Made by a program: the position numbers and the translations under genes. A stretch of DNA of 64,000 nt from Lachnospiraceae bacterium UBA1760 (GTDB taxonomy: Bacteria > Bacillota > Clostridia > Lachnospirales > Lachnospiraceae), in the NCBI GenBank assembly GCA_002314775.1, contig DCHE01000013.1:5500-69499 (forward strand). The letters are read 5' to 3'. Every line of letters begins with the position of its first letter. The stretch's first letter is position 1. Below the pieces are notes generated by a model, which saw only the letters and a list, made by a program, of their open reading frames with translations, searched no databases and was not told where the DNA came from. Of this stretch, positions 8,421-17,734 are shown piece by piece.

Positions 8421-10661
8421 ATGAAGCTTGACACAAATGCTAAGCGATTACTAATATATTATTTCTATGACAAGGCTGGAAAGCTTGATAAATATGTATC
8501 TTACTATCTCAGAAGAATGAAGGAATATGTTTCTGATATTGTATTTGTCTTAAATGGCGAGCTTAATCAGGACGGAATAGATGAGATCGAGGATATTGGT
8601 GCAAGACTTATCGAAAAGCAATGCTTTGGATTTAACATGCTCGGCTATAAGGCAGCAGTTGATGATATTACAATAGATGGACTTAAGGAATACGATGAGG
8701 TCATTTTTTCGGACTACTCTATTATGGGGCCAGTGTATCCACTTTCGGAAACCTTCGATAAGATGAATGATACAGATGTAGATTTCTGGGCTATGACAAA
8801 ATATTTTTCGGCAAATGATGCTGATACTTCCTATGATTATATTCAGTCACATTTTATCGTCTACAGAAAATCAGTGACTGAGTCGGAGGCATTTTCAAAC
8901 TATTGGGCTTCGATTGCTGAGGCTATAGATATGAGCTATGAATTGCGACTTACAAGAGATTTTGTAGCCGCTGGCTTTAAGTATGAGATGGCTGTATATC
9001 AGGATGACTTGAGGACTATTAGCTATCAGCCGGTAGTTGGATCGGCAACAAAGATGGTGAATGAGAGAAGATGTCCTTTAGTAAAAAGGCACGCATTTAC
9101 TCAGGATTACTCAGTGGTTCTTGATGAGGGAATGGGAAATGAAGCCTATGAGCTTTATCAGTATATTGATAAGAAAACAGACTATGATGCAGATATGATT
9201 CTTGAGAATCTGCTGAGACTTGAGAATCAGGCAGATTTGAAGAAGAATCTTCAGTGGAATTACATTCTTCCGTCGGACATTGCAAAGTCTGAGCTGAAGA
9301 TAAAAAAAGAGAGAATCGCGCTTGCTATGCACATTTACTTTGGTGATCTGATTGAAGAATGTGCAGGCTATGCCAAGAATATGCCGGATGGAACCGATAT
9401 GTATATTACAGTCAATTCCGAGGCAAACAAAAAGAAGGCTGAGGAGGTATTCTCAAAGCTTAACTGTGGAAAGCTTGTTGTTAGAGTAGTTCCAAATATC
9501 GGAAGAGATGTTGCTCCTTATCTTGTTGAGTTTCGTGAGTTTTTGGATAATTATGACATTGTTTGTCATGCTCATGACAAGAAGTCGGGTCAGACAAGAC
9601 CGGGCTCAATTGGTACTGCATTTGCATACAAATGCTTTGAAAATATTCTCGGAACAAAGGAATATGTTCAAAATATTATTAACCTTTTTGCAGAGAATAA
9701 AAGGCTTGGATTTATCACACCACCTCCACCAAATCATGCAGAGTACTATATAATATTTGGTCTGGAGTGGGGACTTAATTTTGCTAATACCAAGGAATTT
9801 GCAGAGAGTCTTGGAATCGATGTTCCTATGGACGAGAAGAAGGAGCCTATAGCAGGACTTGGTTCATTTTACTGGGCAAGAACAGATGCTATAAAGGCTG
9901 TATTCAAGAAGAAATGGACCTACGATGATTTTCCAAAGGAGCCACTTCCAATCGATGGAACTCTTCTTCATGCGATTGAGAGAATATATTCATTTGCAGC
10001 ACAGGCAAAGGGCTACTATCCAGGCTGGATAATGTCTGACAAGCTTGCTGATATGGAGGTAACAAACCTCAACCATATGATTAGATCTGTGAATGATATT
10101 ATTTTCTTTACGGGAAATGATGCAGGATCCTTCCACGAAACCAAAAAGAATCTTAGAGCGTCTTATAACAGACTGAAAAAATATGAGGGGCATTTTGATG
10201 GCGCGGGTCAGTCAAAGCTCTTCTTTGAAAATGGCCCTTGGGAGATATCTCGTAATTTCTTCCTCGATATTCCTATTATTAGCGCAGGAACTAGCATTGA
10301 GGAGGATGGCACGGAAAAGGTAATTGCAAGCTACAATATTGATTTGCCATACGGGTTTTCGATGCTTAAGTTTGATTATGAGATGAGACCTGAAGGAAAA
10401 TTCAAGCTGTACAGCATGGCTATAAGAATAGTGGATGAAGATGGCAAGGCGACAGTGCTTGAGCTTTTTGATAAAGTATCAACAAATGGAATCGTGATGG
10501 ATGACGGAATACAGTTTCTAATCGATAATCCTAGAGTCAGCTTTGAACTTAAGGATTACATTAGTGTTAAGAATATGACGGTTATGGCTTGTTTCTCAGA
10601 GGGAATAAATAACAAGGCACTGGAGTTTATTACAAGAAAGCTTACGGATGAAGAAGAATAA
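8421..10661 (+). CDS. Rhamnan synthesis protein F (RgpF)-family glycosyltransferase with an extra C-terminal domain
   Basis: RgpF-like blocks: LLIYYFYDKAGKLDKYVSYYL, DEVIFSDYSIMGP, DFWAMT, then ALAMHIYFGDL...GRDVAPYLVEF...CHAHDKKS. About 180 additional C-terminal residues have no motif I recognise. Confidence 0.75.
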   Translation: MKLDTNAKRLLIYYFYDKAGKLDKYVSYYLRRMKEYVSDIVFVLNGELNQDGIDEIEDIGARLIEKQCFGFNMLGYKAAVDDITIDGLKEYDEVIFSDYSIMGPVYPLSETFDKMNDTDVDFWAMTKYFSANDADTSYDYIQSHFIVYRKSVTESEAFSNYWASIAEAIDMSYELRLTRDFVAAGFKYEMAVYQDDLRTISYQPVVGSATKMVNERRCPLVKRHAFTQDYSVVLDEGMGNEAYELYQYIDKKTDYDADMILENLLRLENQADLKKNLQWNYILPSDIAKSELKIKKERIALAMHIYFGDLIEECAGYAKNMPDGTDMYITVNSEANKKKAEEVFSKLNCGKLVVRVVPNIGRDVAPYLVEFREFLDNYDIVCHAHDKKSGQTRPGSIGTAFAYKCFENILGTKEYVQNIINLFAENKRLGFITPPPPNHAEYYIIFGLEWGLNFANTKEFAESLGIDVPMDEKKEPIAGLGSFYWARTDAIKAVFKKKWTYDDFPKEPLPIDGTLLHAIERIYSFAAQAKGYYPGWIMSDKLADMEVTNLNHMIRSVNDIIFFTGNDAGSFHETKKNLRASYNRLKKYEGHFDGAGQSKLFFENGPWEISRNFFLDIPIISAGTSIEEDGTEKVIASYNIDLPYGFSMLKFDYEMRPEGKFKLYSMAIRIVDEDGKATVLELFDKVSTNGIVMDDGIQFLIDNPRVSFELKDYISVKNMTVMACFSEGINNKALEFITRKLTDEEE

Positions 10662-12165
10662 AAAACTAATTGCGTTAATTATAATGCTCCTTATGACATT
10701 TTCAGCTGTGTATCAGGGCGTGGCAGCACCCTATGTAAGGGAGAGCTATGCTGCTTACGATAGCGAAAATGACCCTGACATTACAGATAAAAAGAACAGT
10801 CTAAGTGAGAGCGTTGAATATATTGATGATGAGTCTTTAACTGAAGGAGCCAAAGAAAACTCTTTATTTGGAAAGACTCAGATTAAGTATGCTGATTCGG
10901 TGGAAAACACAGTTTATTTTACTGATGTTGACTGGGATGAGTATGCCTGCGACTATTGCTATAATAAGCTTTCTGATTATCAGAAGGTTTATTATGACAG
11001 AATTGACAGTCTTGTCAGAGCATATATGAATCAGGATATTGATGCACTTGATACCTACAAGGAGTCAAAGGGAATATATGTGCTTCCTAAGGTGGTTTAC
11101 TCAGATATTGAGATAAAGGATGATAAGGGAAATTCTACGGGAAGCTTTATGCCAAAGGAAGAGGCTACAAATGTATACAAGCTGTATATGACTCAGCATC
11201 CAATATATTATTTTGTTAACTCAAAATTCCTTGTTTCTACTACTGGTATTTATGTTCACTGCTATGATGAATTTGCGGACGGTGAGGCAAGATACCTGGC
11301 TACACTGAAGCTGTTAAGTCAGATTGATAAATGGGTAGAGCAGGCCAAGGCTGAACCTACGGAATATCTTCTTGAAAAGAAGGTCCATGATTTGATATGT
11401 GAGAACACCTGCTACGACCGAGTTGATACTGATGCATACATCAACCAGTCTGCATACAGTATGATTATTAATAAGAGTACAGTTTGTGCAGGGTATGCAA
11501 AGACCTTTGCAATTTTAATGAACAAGCTTGGTTATAGTACAATTGCTATTACTGGTACAAATCATGCCTGGAACAAGGTACTGTTTAAGGACAAATGGTA
11601 CAATGTCGATGTAACCTGGGATGATCTCGATTCGGAAACCTTGTGCAAATACACCTATTTCAATCTTTCGGACAGTGAGTTCGGCAGCGGACATACACCT
11701 TTTAGCTATTATGATGGATTGCTTCCGGAAAGTAAGGAAACCTATGTTCCAACCAAGGAAGACCTGAATGAAAAGAGCGGCACACCGACGGACGCAACAC
11801 CGACGGACGCAACACCTACTGACGCAACTCCAACAGATGCGCCATCTGAGGATGAGCCAAATGGCGAGATTGTCGGAATCTGTCAGATGCCAAATCCTGG
11901 GCAGGGCGGAGGCTTTTTGATTGGAGTTGAGGCAACTCCGCTTGAAAAAGGAAATTATAAGTATGAGATACTCATACTTGACTGCACTCTTCTTGCAAGA
12001 GGAGAGGATGCATGGATATATACAACAGGTAAGTTTGAAACAGGCACCAACTCAGCATGGATTGTTTGGCAGCCTGAGTATGGTTACTATTGGACACTTT
12101 TCAGAATTTATGACGAAAAAGACAATTTACTCGATGAAAAGTGTTACGGATTTCAAAATATTTAA
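10648..12165 (+). CDS. Secreted transglutaminase-like (Cys-His-Asp) protein with a TPTDA-repeat linker
   Basis: Signal peptide MKKNKKLIALIIMLLMTFSAVYQGVAA. Transglutaminase-core pattern: TVCAGYAKTFAILMNKLG, NHAWNKV, NVDVTWDD. The start overlaps the RgpF-like stop by 14 nt. Confidence 0.7.
   Translation: MKKNKKLIALIIMLLMTFSAVYQGVAAPYVRESYAAYDSENDPDITDKKNSLSESVEYIDDESLTEGAKENSLFGKTQIKYADSVENTVYFTDVDWDEYACDYCYNKLSDYQKVYYDRIDSLVRAYMNQDIDALDTYKESKGIYVLPKVVYSDIEIKDDKGNSTGSFMPKEEATNVYKLYMTQHPIYYFVNSKFLVSTTGIYVHCYDEFADGEARYLATLKLLSQIDKWVEQAKAEPTEYLLEKKVHDLICENTCYDRVDTDAYINQSAYSMIINKSTVCAGYAKTFAILMNKLGYSTIAITGTNHAWNKVLFKDKWYNVDVTWDDLDSETLCKYTYFNLSDSEFGSGHTPFSYYDGLLPESKETYVPTKEDLNEKSGTPTDATPTDATPTDATPTDAPSEDEPNGEIVGICQMPNPGQGGGFLIGVEATPLEKGNYKYEILILDCTLLARGEDAWIYTTGKFETGTNSAWIVWQPEYGYYWTLFRIYDEKDNLLDEKCYGFQNI
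11783..11842 (+). repeat. 4 x 15-bp in-frame tandem repeat (TPTDA)4
   Basis: acaccgacggacgca occurs twice exactly, followed by two diverged copies. This encodes TPTDATPTDATPTDATPTDA. Confidence 0.9.
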
Positions 12166-12182
12166 AATGAGTGGTATTTCAG

Positions 12183-14015
12183 ATGTTTAGAGTGATTAAG
12201 AAAGCATTTAACCCTGTCAGCTACTACAGACTTTTCTCGTATATCAAGAGAAAAGGCTTTAAGGGCATTATGGGAAAGTTTAAAAGTGGTATGAGAGAGG
12301 GCAATTCGCCGGACGAGATGTATGAGCTGTGGTTTTTGAAGCACAGAGTGAAGGACGCAGAGCTGCTTGAGGAGGCAAAGCATAACTTTTCGTACAGTCC
12401 AAAGATCAGCATTCTTGTGCCAACCTACAATACTCCTAAGAGATTCCTTAAGGAGATGATTGACTCGGTAATCGGTCAGTCATATTCAAACTGGGAGCTT
12501 TGCATTGCTGACGGAAGCACAGATGAAAAGACAAAGAAATGTTTAAGGGAGTATGCTGAGAAGGACAAGAGAATAGTAATTACCTGGCTTGATAAGAACT
12601 ACGGAATTTCAGGGAATACAAACAAGGCACTTGAGATTGCAACTGGTGACTTTATCAGTATGCTTGACCATGATGATGTCTTTGAGAAGGACCTTCTTTT
12701 TGAGGTTGTCTCAGCACTTCAGGATAAGAGTGCAGATATGGTTTACACTGATGAGGATAAGATTGTTGGAAAAAGAAGAAGCTGGAGCTATAAGGATCCT
12801 AACTTCAAGCCGGATTTCAGTATTGATTTACTGAGGTCTCACAATTACATTACTCATTTTGTGGCAATAAAGAAGGATATTATTGACGAGATAGGCGGCT
12901 TTAGAAGCGAGTTTGACGGATCGCAGGATTTTGACCTTCTGCTTCGTTCGGTAGAGAAGGTCCTTGCGAGAAAAGGAAAAATCCTGCATGTGCCTAAGGT
13001 GCTTTACCACTGGAGAATTCACAGCCAGTCTACTGCAGGTAATCCTGAAAGTAAGCTTTACTGCTACGAGGCTGGAAGAAAAGCTCTTGTTGAGCATTAT
13101 GAGAGACTTGGCATTAAGGCAAATGTTGAGATGACTGATATGTGGGGACTGTACCATACCAGATATGAGACAGTTGGCAATCCACTTCTTTCTATTATTA
13201 TTCCTAACAAGGATCATATTGATGACCTTGAAAAGTGTATAGTTTCACTTGTTGAAAATAGCACCTACAAAAATGTTGAGTTTGTAGTTGTTGAGAATAA
13301 CAGTGAGGATGAAAAAACCTTCAAGTACTACGAGGAGCTTGAAAAGAGATTCGACAATGTGAGAGTTGTTTACTGGAAAGGCATTTTCAACTATGCAGCT
13401 ATTAATAATTTTGGAGTAAAGGAAGCAAAGGGAGATTACCTTTTACTTCTTAACAATGATACAGAGCTTATTCTTCCTGACTCAGTGGGAGATATGCTTG
13501 GAATCTGCATGAGAGAAGAGGTTGGTGTAGTTGGACCGAAGCTTCTTTTTGCAGATGACACTATTCAGCATGCTGGTATTGTTCTTGGCTTTGGAGGCTT
13601 TGCAGGACACGTATTTACCCAGCTTACTGATGATAACCTTGGCTTTATGATGAGACCAAGAATAAACTGCAATTACAGTGCAGTGACAGGAGCCTGCCTT
13701 ATGACAAAGCGTTCTGTCTATGAGGAGGTCGGAGGTCTTACAGAGGATTTCGTTGTAGGACTTAATGATGTTGATTTCTGTATGAAGGTGAGAAAGAAGA
13801 ATTATTTTATCACCTATGATGCCTTTGCAAAATGGCATCACTATGAATCTAAGTCAAGAGGCTATGAGGACACTCCAGAGAAGAAGAAGAGATTTCAGGG
13901 TGAGATAGATTTATTCCAGTCACTTTGGGGCGAGGAGTTAAAGAAGGGAGATCCTTTCTACAATCCTAATTTCCTTGTCACAAGAGCACCATTTACATTA
14001 CATCCAGAGGACTAA
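12183..14015 (+). CDS. Two-domain family-2 glycosyltransferase (paralog 1 of 3)
   Basis: Domain A: ISILVPTYNTP...DHDD...YTDEDK. Domain B: LSIIIPNKD...LLLLNNDTE...NDVDFC...HHYESKSRG. Start at 12183 chosen by alignment with the paralog 2 N-terminus (MFRVIKKAFNP vs MISKVKKIFNP). Confidence 0.85.
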   Translation: MFRVIKKAFNPVSYYRLFSYIKRKGFKGIMGKFKSGMREGNSPDEMYELWFLKHRVKDAELLEEAKHNFSYSPKISILVPTYNTPKRFLKEMIDSVIGQSYSNWELCIADGSTDEKTKKCLREYAEKDKRIVITWLDKNYGISGNTNKALEIATGDFISMLDHDDVFEKDLLFEVVSALQDKSADMVYTDEDKIVGKRRSWSYKDPNFKPDFSIDLLRSHNYITHFVAIKKDIIDEIGGFRSEFDGSQDFDLLLRSVEKVLARKGKILHVPKVLYHWRIHSQSTAGNPESKLYCYEAGRKALVEHYERLGIKANVEMTDMWGLYHTRYETVGNPLLSIIIPNKDHIDDLEKCIVSLVENSTYKNVEFVVVENNSEDEKTFKYYEELEKRFDNVRVVYWKGIFNYAAINNFGVKEAKGDYLLLLNNDTELILPDSVGDMLGICMREEVGVVGPKLLFADDTIQHAGIVLGFGGFAGHVFTQLTDDNLGFMMRPRINCNYSAVTGACLMTKRSVYEEVGGLTEDFVVGLNDVDFCMKVRKKNYFITYDAFAKWHHYESKSRGYEDTPEKKKRFQGEIDLFQSLWGEELKKGDPFYNPNFLVTRAPFTLHPED

Positions 14016-14043
14016 AAAAGCTAAAAAGGATTGCGAGAAAACT

Positions 14044-15867
14044 ATGATTTCCAAGGTGAAAAAGATATTTAATCCAAACAGTGTCAGAAGACTTGTAAAT
14101 TATGTCTCTGAAAATGGATTAAAGGGTGTCGGAGAGAAAATTAAAAAAGGCATGGGCGAGGGAACCGTTCTTTCGGATATATATCCTGAATGGTTTTTGA
14201 GTACCCGTGTGTCAAATGACGAATTGGAAAAGCAGAGAGAGGCTCATTTTGATTATGAGCCTCTTATCAGTATTCTTGTGCCTACGTATAATACTCCTGA
14301 GAAATTTTTAGAAGAGATGATAGAGTCCTGCATCAGTCAGTCCTACAAAAACTGGGAGCTTTGCATTGCAGATGCAAGTACAGATTATGGGACAAGAAAC
14401 GTGCTGAAGGCATATATGGCAAAGGATGCAAGGATAAAAATTACCTGGCTCAGAGATAATCTTGGAATTTCAGATAATACCAACGAGGCACTGAAGCTTG
14501 CGAAGGGTGAATACATTGGTCTTCTTGATCATGATGATGTGATTGAGCCAGATTTATTTTATCAGCTTGTACTTATGCTTCAGGATACCGACTATGAATT
14601 TATATATACCGACGAGGATAAGATTATCGGAAAGGGCGACAAATGGAGGTATGCAGAACCACATTTCAAGCCTGATATCAGCATAGATTTGCTCAGATCC
14701 CACAATTATATAACTCATTTTGTTCTGGTTAAATCGGACGTCATGAGTGAGATTGGCGGACTTCACAAGGAGTTTGATGGTTCACAGGATTATGATTTGA
14801 TCCTAAGAGCCTATGATATTGTTACAAAAAAGGGTAAGAAGATTGGACATGTTCCAAGGGTGCTATACCACTGGAGGGTTCATGAGGGCTCCACAGCAAA
14901 GAATCCGGAAAACAAGATGTACTGCTACGAGTCCGGTAGAAACGCAATTATGGCCGAGCTTGAGAGAAATGATATCAGGGCTTACGTTGACACAAGCGAG
15001 CTTTGGGGTATTTACAACGTAAAGTACAGGTCGAAGTGTAATCCCCTTTTATCTATTGTAATTCCTGTGAGAAAGGAAGAATCCCAGGTTGATACCTGCA
15101 TTCAGACAATAATTGATAAGAGTGATTATAAAAATACAGAGTTTATTATTGTTCTTCCAAAGATTGCTTCTGAAAAGCTTGTGAAAAAGCTGGTAAGTCT
15201 TAAATCAAAGTACAAGAATGTTTACATTGCCAGAAGCATCAGGAATAATTATTCGGCAATGGTCAATCTGGCGGTTGCATCAGCTAAGGGAGAGTATGCG
15301 TTACTTTTAAATGAGAATGTTTCAATGATAAAGCCAGATACTATATCCAATATGGCTTCTATGCTTGAGAGAGAAGAGGTTTGCGCAGTTGGTGCAAAGC
15401 TACTTACTCACGAGGACAGGATATACCATGCAGGAATAATCCTTGGAGCAAGGGAGCGAATTGTTGAGGTTCACGAGGGACTTAAGGATGATGAGTATGG
15501 ATATATGGAGAGGGCAATTTTAAATGGCAATTATTCCGCCTATTCCTCAGAATGTCTGATGCTAAAGAAGAAGGATTATCAAAGGGTGCTTGGCTTTGAT
15601 GAGTCGCTCAGCGAGGGCGCAGGTATGGTTGATTTTGGACTTAAGCTTACAAAGGAAGGCCGGCTTATTACATATGCAGCTGGACTTAAATGGTATATAG
15701 CCAGAGATAAGAGTGAGAGGATTATTTCAGAGGAAGAAAAGGAGCTTCTCATAAGTCGCTGGAGCGAGGTGTTTGAGAAGGGCGATCCGTACTATAATCA
15801 GTCATTCTCAAGGAACCAAAAGCCATTTATGGTTGAAATTGATACAAATAACGAAGTGAAAGAATAA
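14044..15867 (+). CDS. Two-domain family-2 glycosyltransferase (paralog 2 of 3), C-terminal domain degenerate
   Basis: Domain A is intact (ISILVPTYNTP, LLDHDD, YTDEDK). Domain B reads LLLNENVS, AGMVDFG and WYIARDKSE where paralog 1 has NNDTE, NDVDFC and HHYESKSRG. The ORF-track start at 13975 overlaps paralog 1 and was rejected. Confidence 0.85.
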   Translation: MISKVKKIFNPNSVRRLVNYVSENGLKGVGEKIKKGMGEGTVLSDIYPEWFLSTRVSNDELEKQREAHFDYEPLISILVPTYNTPEKFLEEMIESCISQSYKNWELCIADASTDYGTRNVLKAYMAKDARIKITWLRDNLGISDNTNEALKLAKGEYIGLLDHDDVIEPDLFYQLVLMLQDTDYEFIYTDEDKIIGKGDKWRYAEPHFKPDISIDLLRSHNYITHFVLVKSDVMSEIGGLHKEFDGSQDYDLILRAYDIVTKKGKKIGHVPRVLYHWRVHEGSTAKNPENKMYCYESGRNAIMAELERNDIRAYVDTSELWGIYNVKYRSKCNPLLSIVIPVRKEESQVDTCIQTIIDKSDYKNTEFIIVLPKIASEKLVKKLVSLKSKYKNVYIARSIRNNYSAMVNLAVASAKGEYALLLNENVSMIKPDTISNMASMLEREEVCAVGAKLLTHEDRIYHAGIILGARERIVEVHEGLKDDEYGYMERAILNGNYSAYSSECLMLKKKDYQRVLGFDESLSEGAGMVDFGLKLTKEGRLITYAAGLKWYIARDKSERIISEEEKELLISRWSEVFEKGDPYYNQSFSRNQKPFMVEIDTNNEVKE

Positions 15868-15868
15868 T

Positions 15869-17659
15869 ATGAATAAAGACACATTTTACGGAGTAAAAAA
15901 TAATATTAAAAAGACTGGAGCCTACATTAAAAAGGTAGGAATAAGGAGCACAGCCAGCAGAGTTAAGTCATATATAACAACTCACAACAGATATATGAAG
16001 TGGCACGAGCAAGGTGTACTGTCTGAGAGTGAGAGAAAAGAGCACAGAGAGCTTTCGGATAAGCTTAATTTTAAGCCGAGGATAAGTATTATCGTGCCGG
16101 TATTTAGGACAAAGGATGTTTTTCTTAAGCAGCTGATTGATTCAGTTATTGCCCAGACCTATCCTAATTTTGAACTTGTGCTTGCTGACGGTAGTGCAAA
16201 TAAGGATGAATCCAGCCGGATTTCAAGGCTGATAAGACATAATTATCCGGAGGAGGAGAGAATTGTCTATAAGCTTCTTTCTGATAATTTTGGTATAGCT
16301 GGCAATACAAATGAAGCAATTAAGGCTGCTACAGGGGAGTGGCTTGCATTTCTTGATCATGACGATTATATAGATGAGGATGCACTTTTCCAGATGGCAA
16401 AGCTTCTTAATGAGAAGCCAGGCCTAAAGCTTATCTACACTGATGAGGACAAATGCAACTTTGATGGTACAAGGTATTTCTATCCCCATTTCAAGCCGGA
16501 CTTTAATCTTGATTTGCTTAGAGCAAGCAATTATATATGTCATTTTCTATTTGTGAGAAAGGATGTTGCAAAAAAGGTCGGAAATATTAGAAGTGATTTT
16601 GACGGAGCTCAGGATTATGATTTTGTGCTAAGGTGCGTTGAGGAGATTGACGACGAGAGAAAGATTGGACATGTTGCAAAGCCGCTTTATCACTGGAGAG
16701 TTCATGAGGAATCTACAGCAGGAAGTCTTGACTCAAAGGGCTATGCCAGAAATGCGGGCAAAAAGGCGCTTGTTGAGCATCTTTTGAGACAGGATATCAA
16801 GGGTGAGGTGCTTCTTTCGGAGGAGGGTGAGTTCTTTAGAGTGAGATACTGTCCGGAGGAAAAACCACTTGTTTCTATAATAATATATTCTGAGAAAAGT
16901 CTGGATGCAAAAAATCTGATTATGTCCATTGGCGAGCAGGAGTATAGGAATTATGAGATACTTCTCTATTCTGGAGATTCTGAGATACGTAAAGAATTTA
17001 AGGATATAAGCATTCTTGCGAAGAAGCTTTCGGTTTACGAGTGGAAGAATGAGCCGATTATTTGTGATGTGTATAACCACGCAGTAAAAAAATGCAAGGA
17101 TGAGCTGATACTGTTTGCTGACAATAATATAGTTCTCAGAGATACCTCTACACTTGGTGAGCTCGTCTCATTTATGTCGAGAGAAGAGGTGGGCGCCTGC
17201 TCGGGAAGAATATATAATCCTTACGGAGGACTTTTCCATGCTGGAATGTTCCTGGGTGGGGATATGGCATTAAACAGAAGCTTCTATAATAAGAAGGAAG
17301 CGGACGGAGTGTATTTCGATAGAAGCAAGATGTCTCAGGACTTCACCTGCCTTGGTATTGAGTTTCTTATGATTAAGAAATCTATGTTTAAGCTTGCCAA
17401 GGGCTTTGACAGGACACTGGGAGAGAAATTTGCCGCAGCAGATTTTTGTCTGAAGCTCAGGGTTGACGGATACCTGAATGTCTATGCGCCAAATGCGAAG
17501 GCAACCTATACTGGAAAGCCTGGTCACACAGAAGCTGATGAGACAAGAATAAGACTGTTTAAGGAAAAATGGTCCGAGCTTCTTGAAAATGGTGATCCTA
17601 ATTACAATCCGAATTTGTCCTTGAACAGGACGGATTACTCAATTGATGTTAAAAAATAG
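15869..17659 (+). CDS. Two-domain family-2 glycosyltransferase (paralog 3 of 3), C-terminal domain degenerate
   Basis: Domain A is intact (ISIIVPVFRT, FLDHDD, YTDEDK, LYHWRVHEEST). Domain B reads LFADNNI, FAAADFC and ATYTGKPGH. Confidence 0.85.
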   Translation: MNKDTFYGVKNNIKKTGAYIKKVGIRSTASRVKSYITTHNRYMKWHEQGVLSESERKEHRELSDKLNFKPRISIIVPVFRTKDVFLKQLIDSVIAQTYPNFELVLADGSANKDESSRISRLIRHNYPEEERIVYKLLSDNFGIAGNTNEAIKAATGEWLAFLDHDDYIDEDALFQMAKLLNEKPGLKLIYTDEDKCNFDGTRYFYPHFKPDFNLDLLRASNYICHFLFVRKDVAKKVGNIRSDFDGAQDYDFVLRCVEEIDDERKIGHVAKPLYHWRVHEESTAGSLDSKGYARNAGKKALVEHLLRQDIKGEVLLSEEGEFFRVRYCPEEKPLVSIIIYSEKSLDAKNLIMSIGEQEYRNYEILLYSGDSEIRKEFKDISILAKKLSVYEWKNEPIICDVYNHAVKKCKDELILFADNNIVLRDTSTLGELVSFMSREEVGACSGRIYNPYGGLFHAGMFLGGDMALNRSFYNKKEADGVYFDRSKMSQDFTCLGIEFLMIKKSMFKLAKGFDRTLGEKFAAADFCLKLRVDGYLNVYAPNAKATYTGKPGHTEADETRIRLFKEKWSELLENGDPNYNPNLSLNRTDYSIDVKK

Positions 17660-17698
17660 ATAATAACAAATAAACCTTAATAATCTGGCAAATATATC

Positions 17699-17727
17699 TT
17701 TACAAATTCGGTAAAGTAGAATATAAT
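17699..17727 (+). promoter_or_regulatory. Candidate sigma-A promoter for the aspS T-box leader
   Basis: TTTACA, 17-nt spacer, TATAAT. Confidence 0.55.
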
Positions 17728-17734
17728 GCCACTT

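Noticed and set aside
13975-14043. Long-start versions of several ORF-track entries: 13975 (GT2-2), 1432 (rfbC), 26531 TTG (gltB), 31086 (gltD), 37118 (gltX), 48317 (DUF368), 25140 (LCP), 59245 (RR), 51602 GTG, 55053 (argC) and 57532 (argB)
   Set aside because: The upstream extensions overlap the preceding gene or translate spacer DNA and lack an RBS. Internal ATGs sit 6-10 nt after AGGAG-like sites and match the family N-termini.
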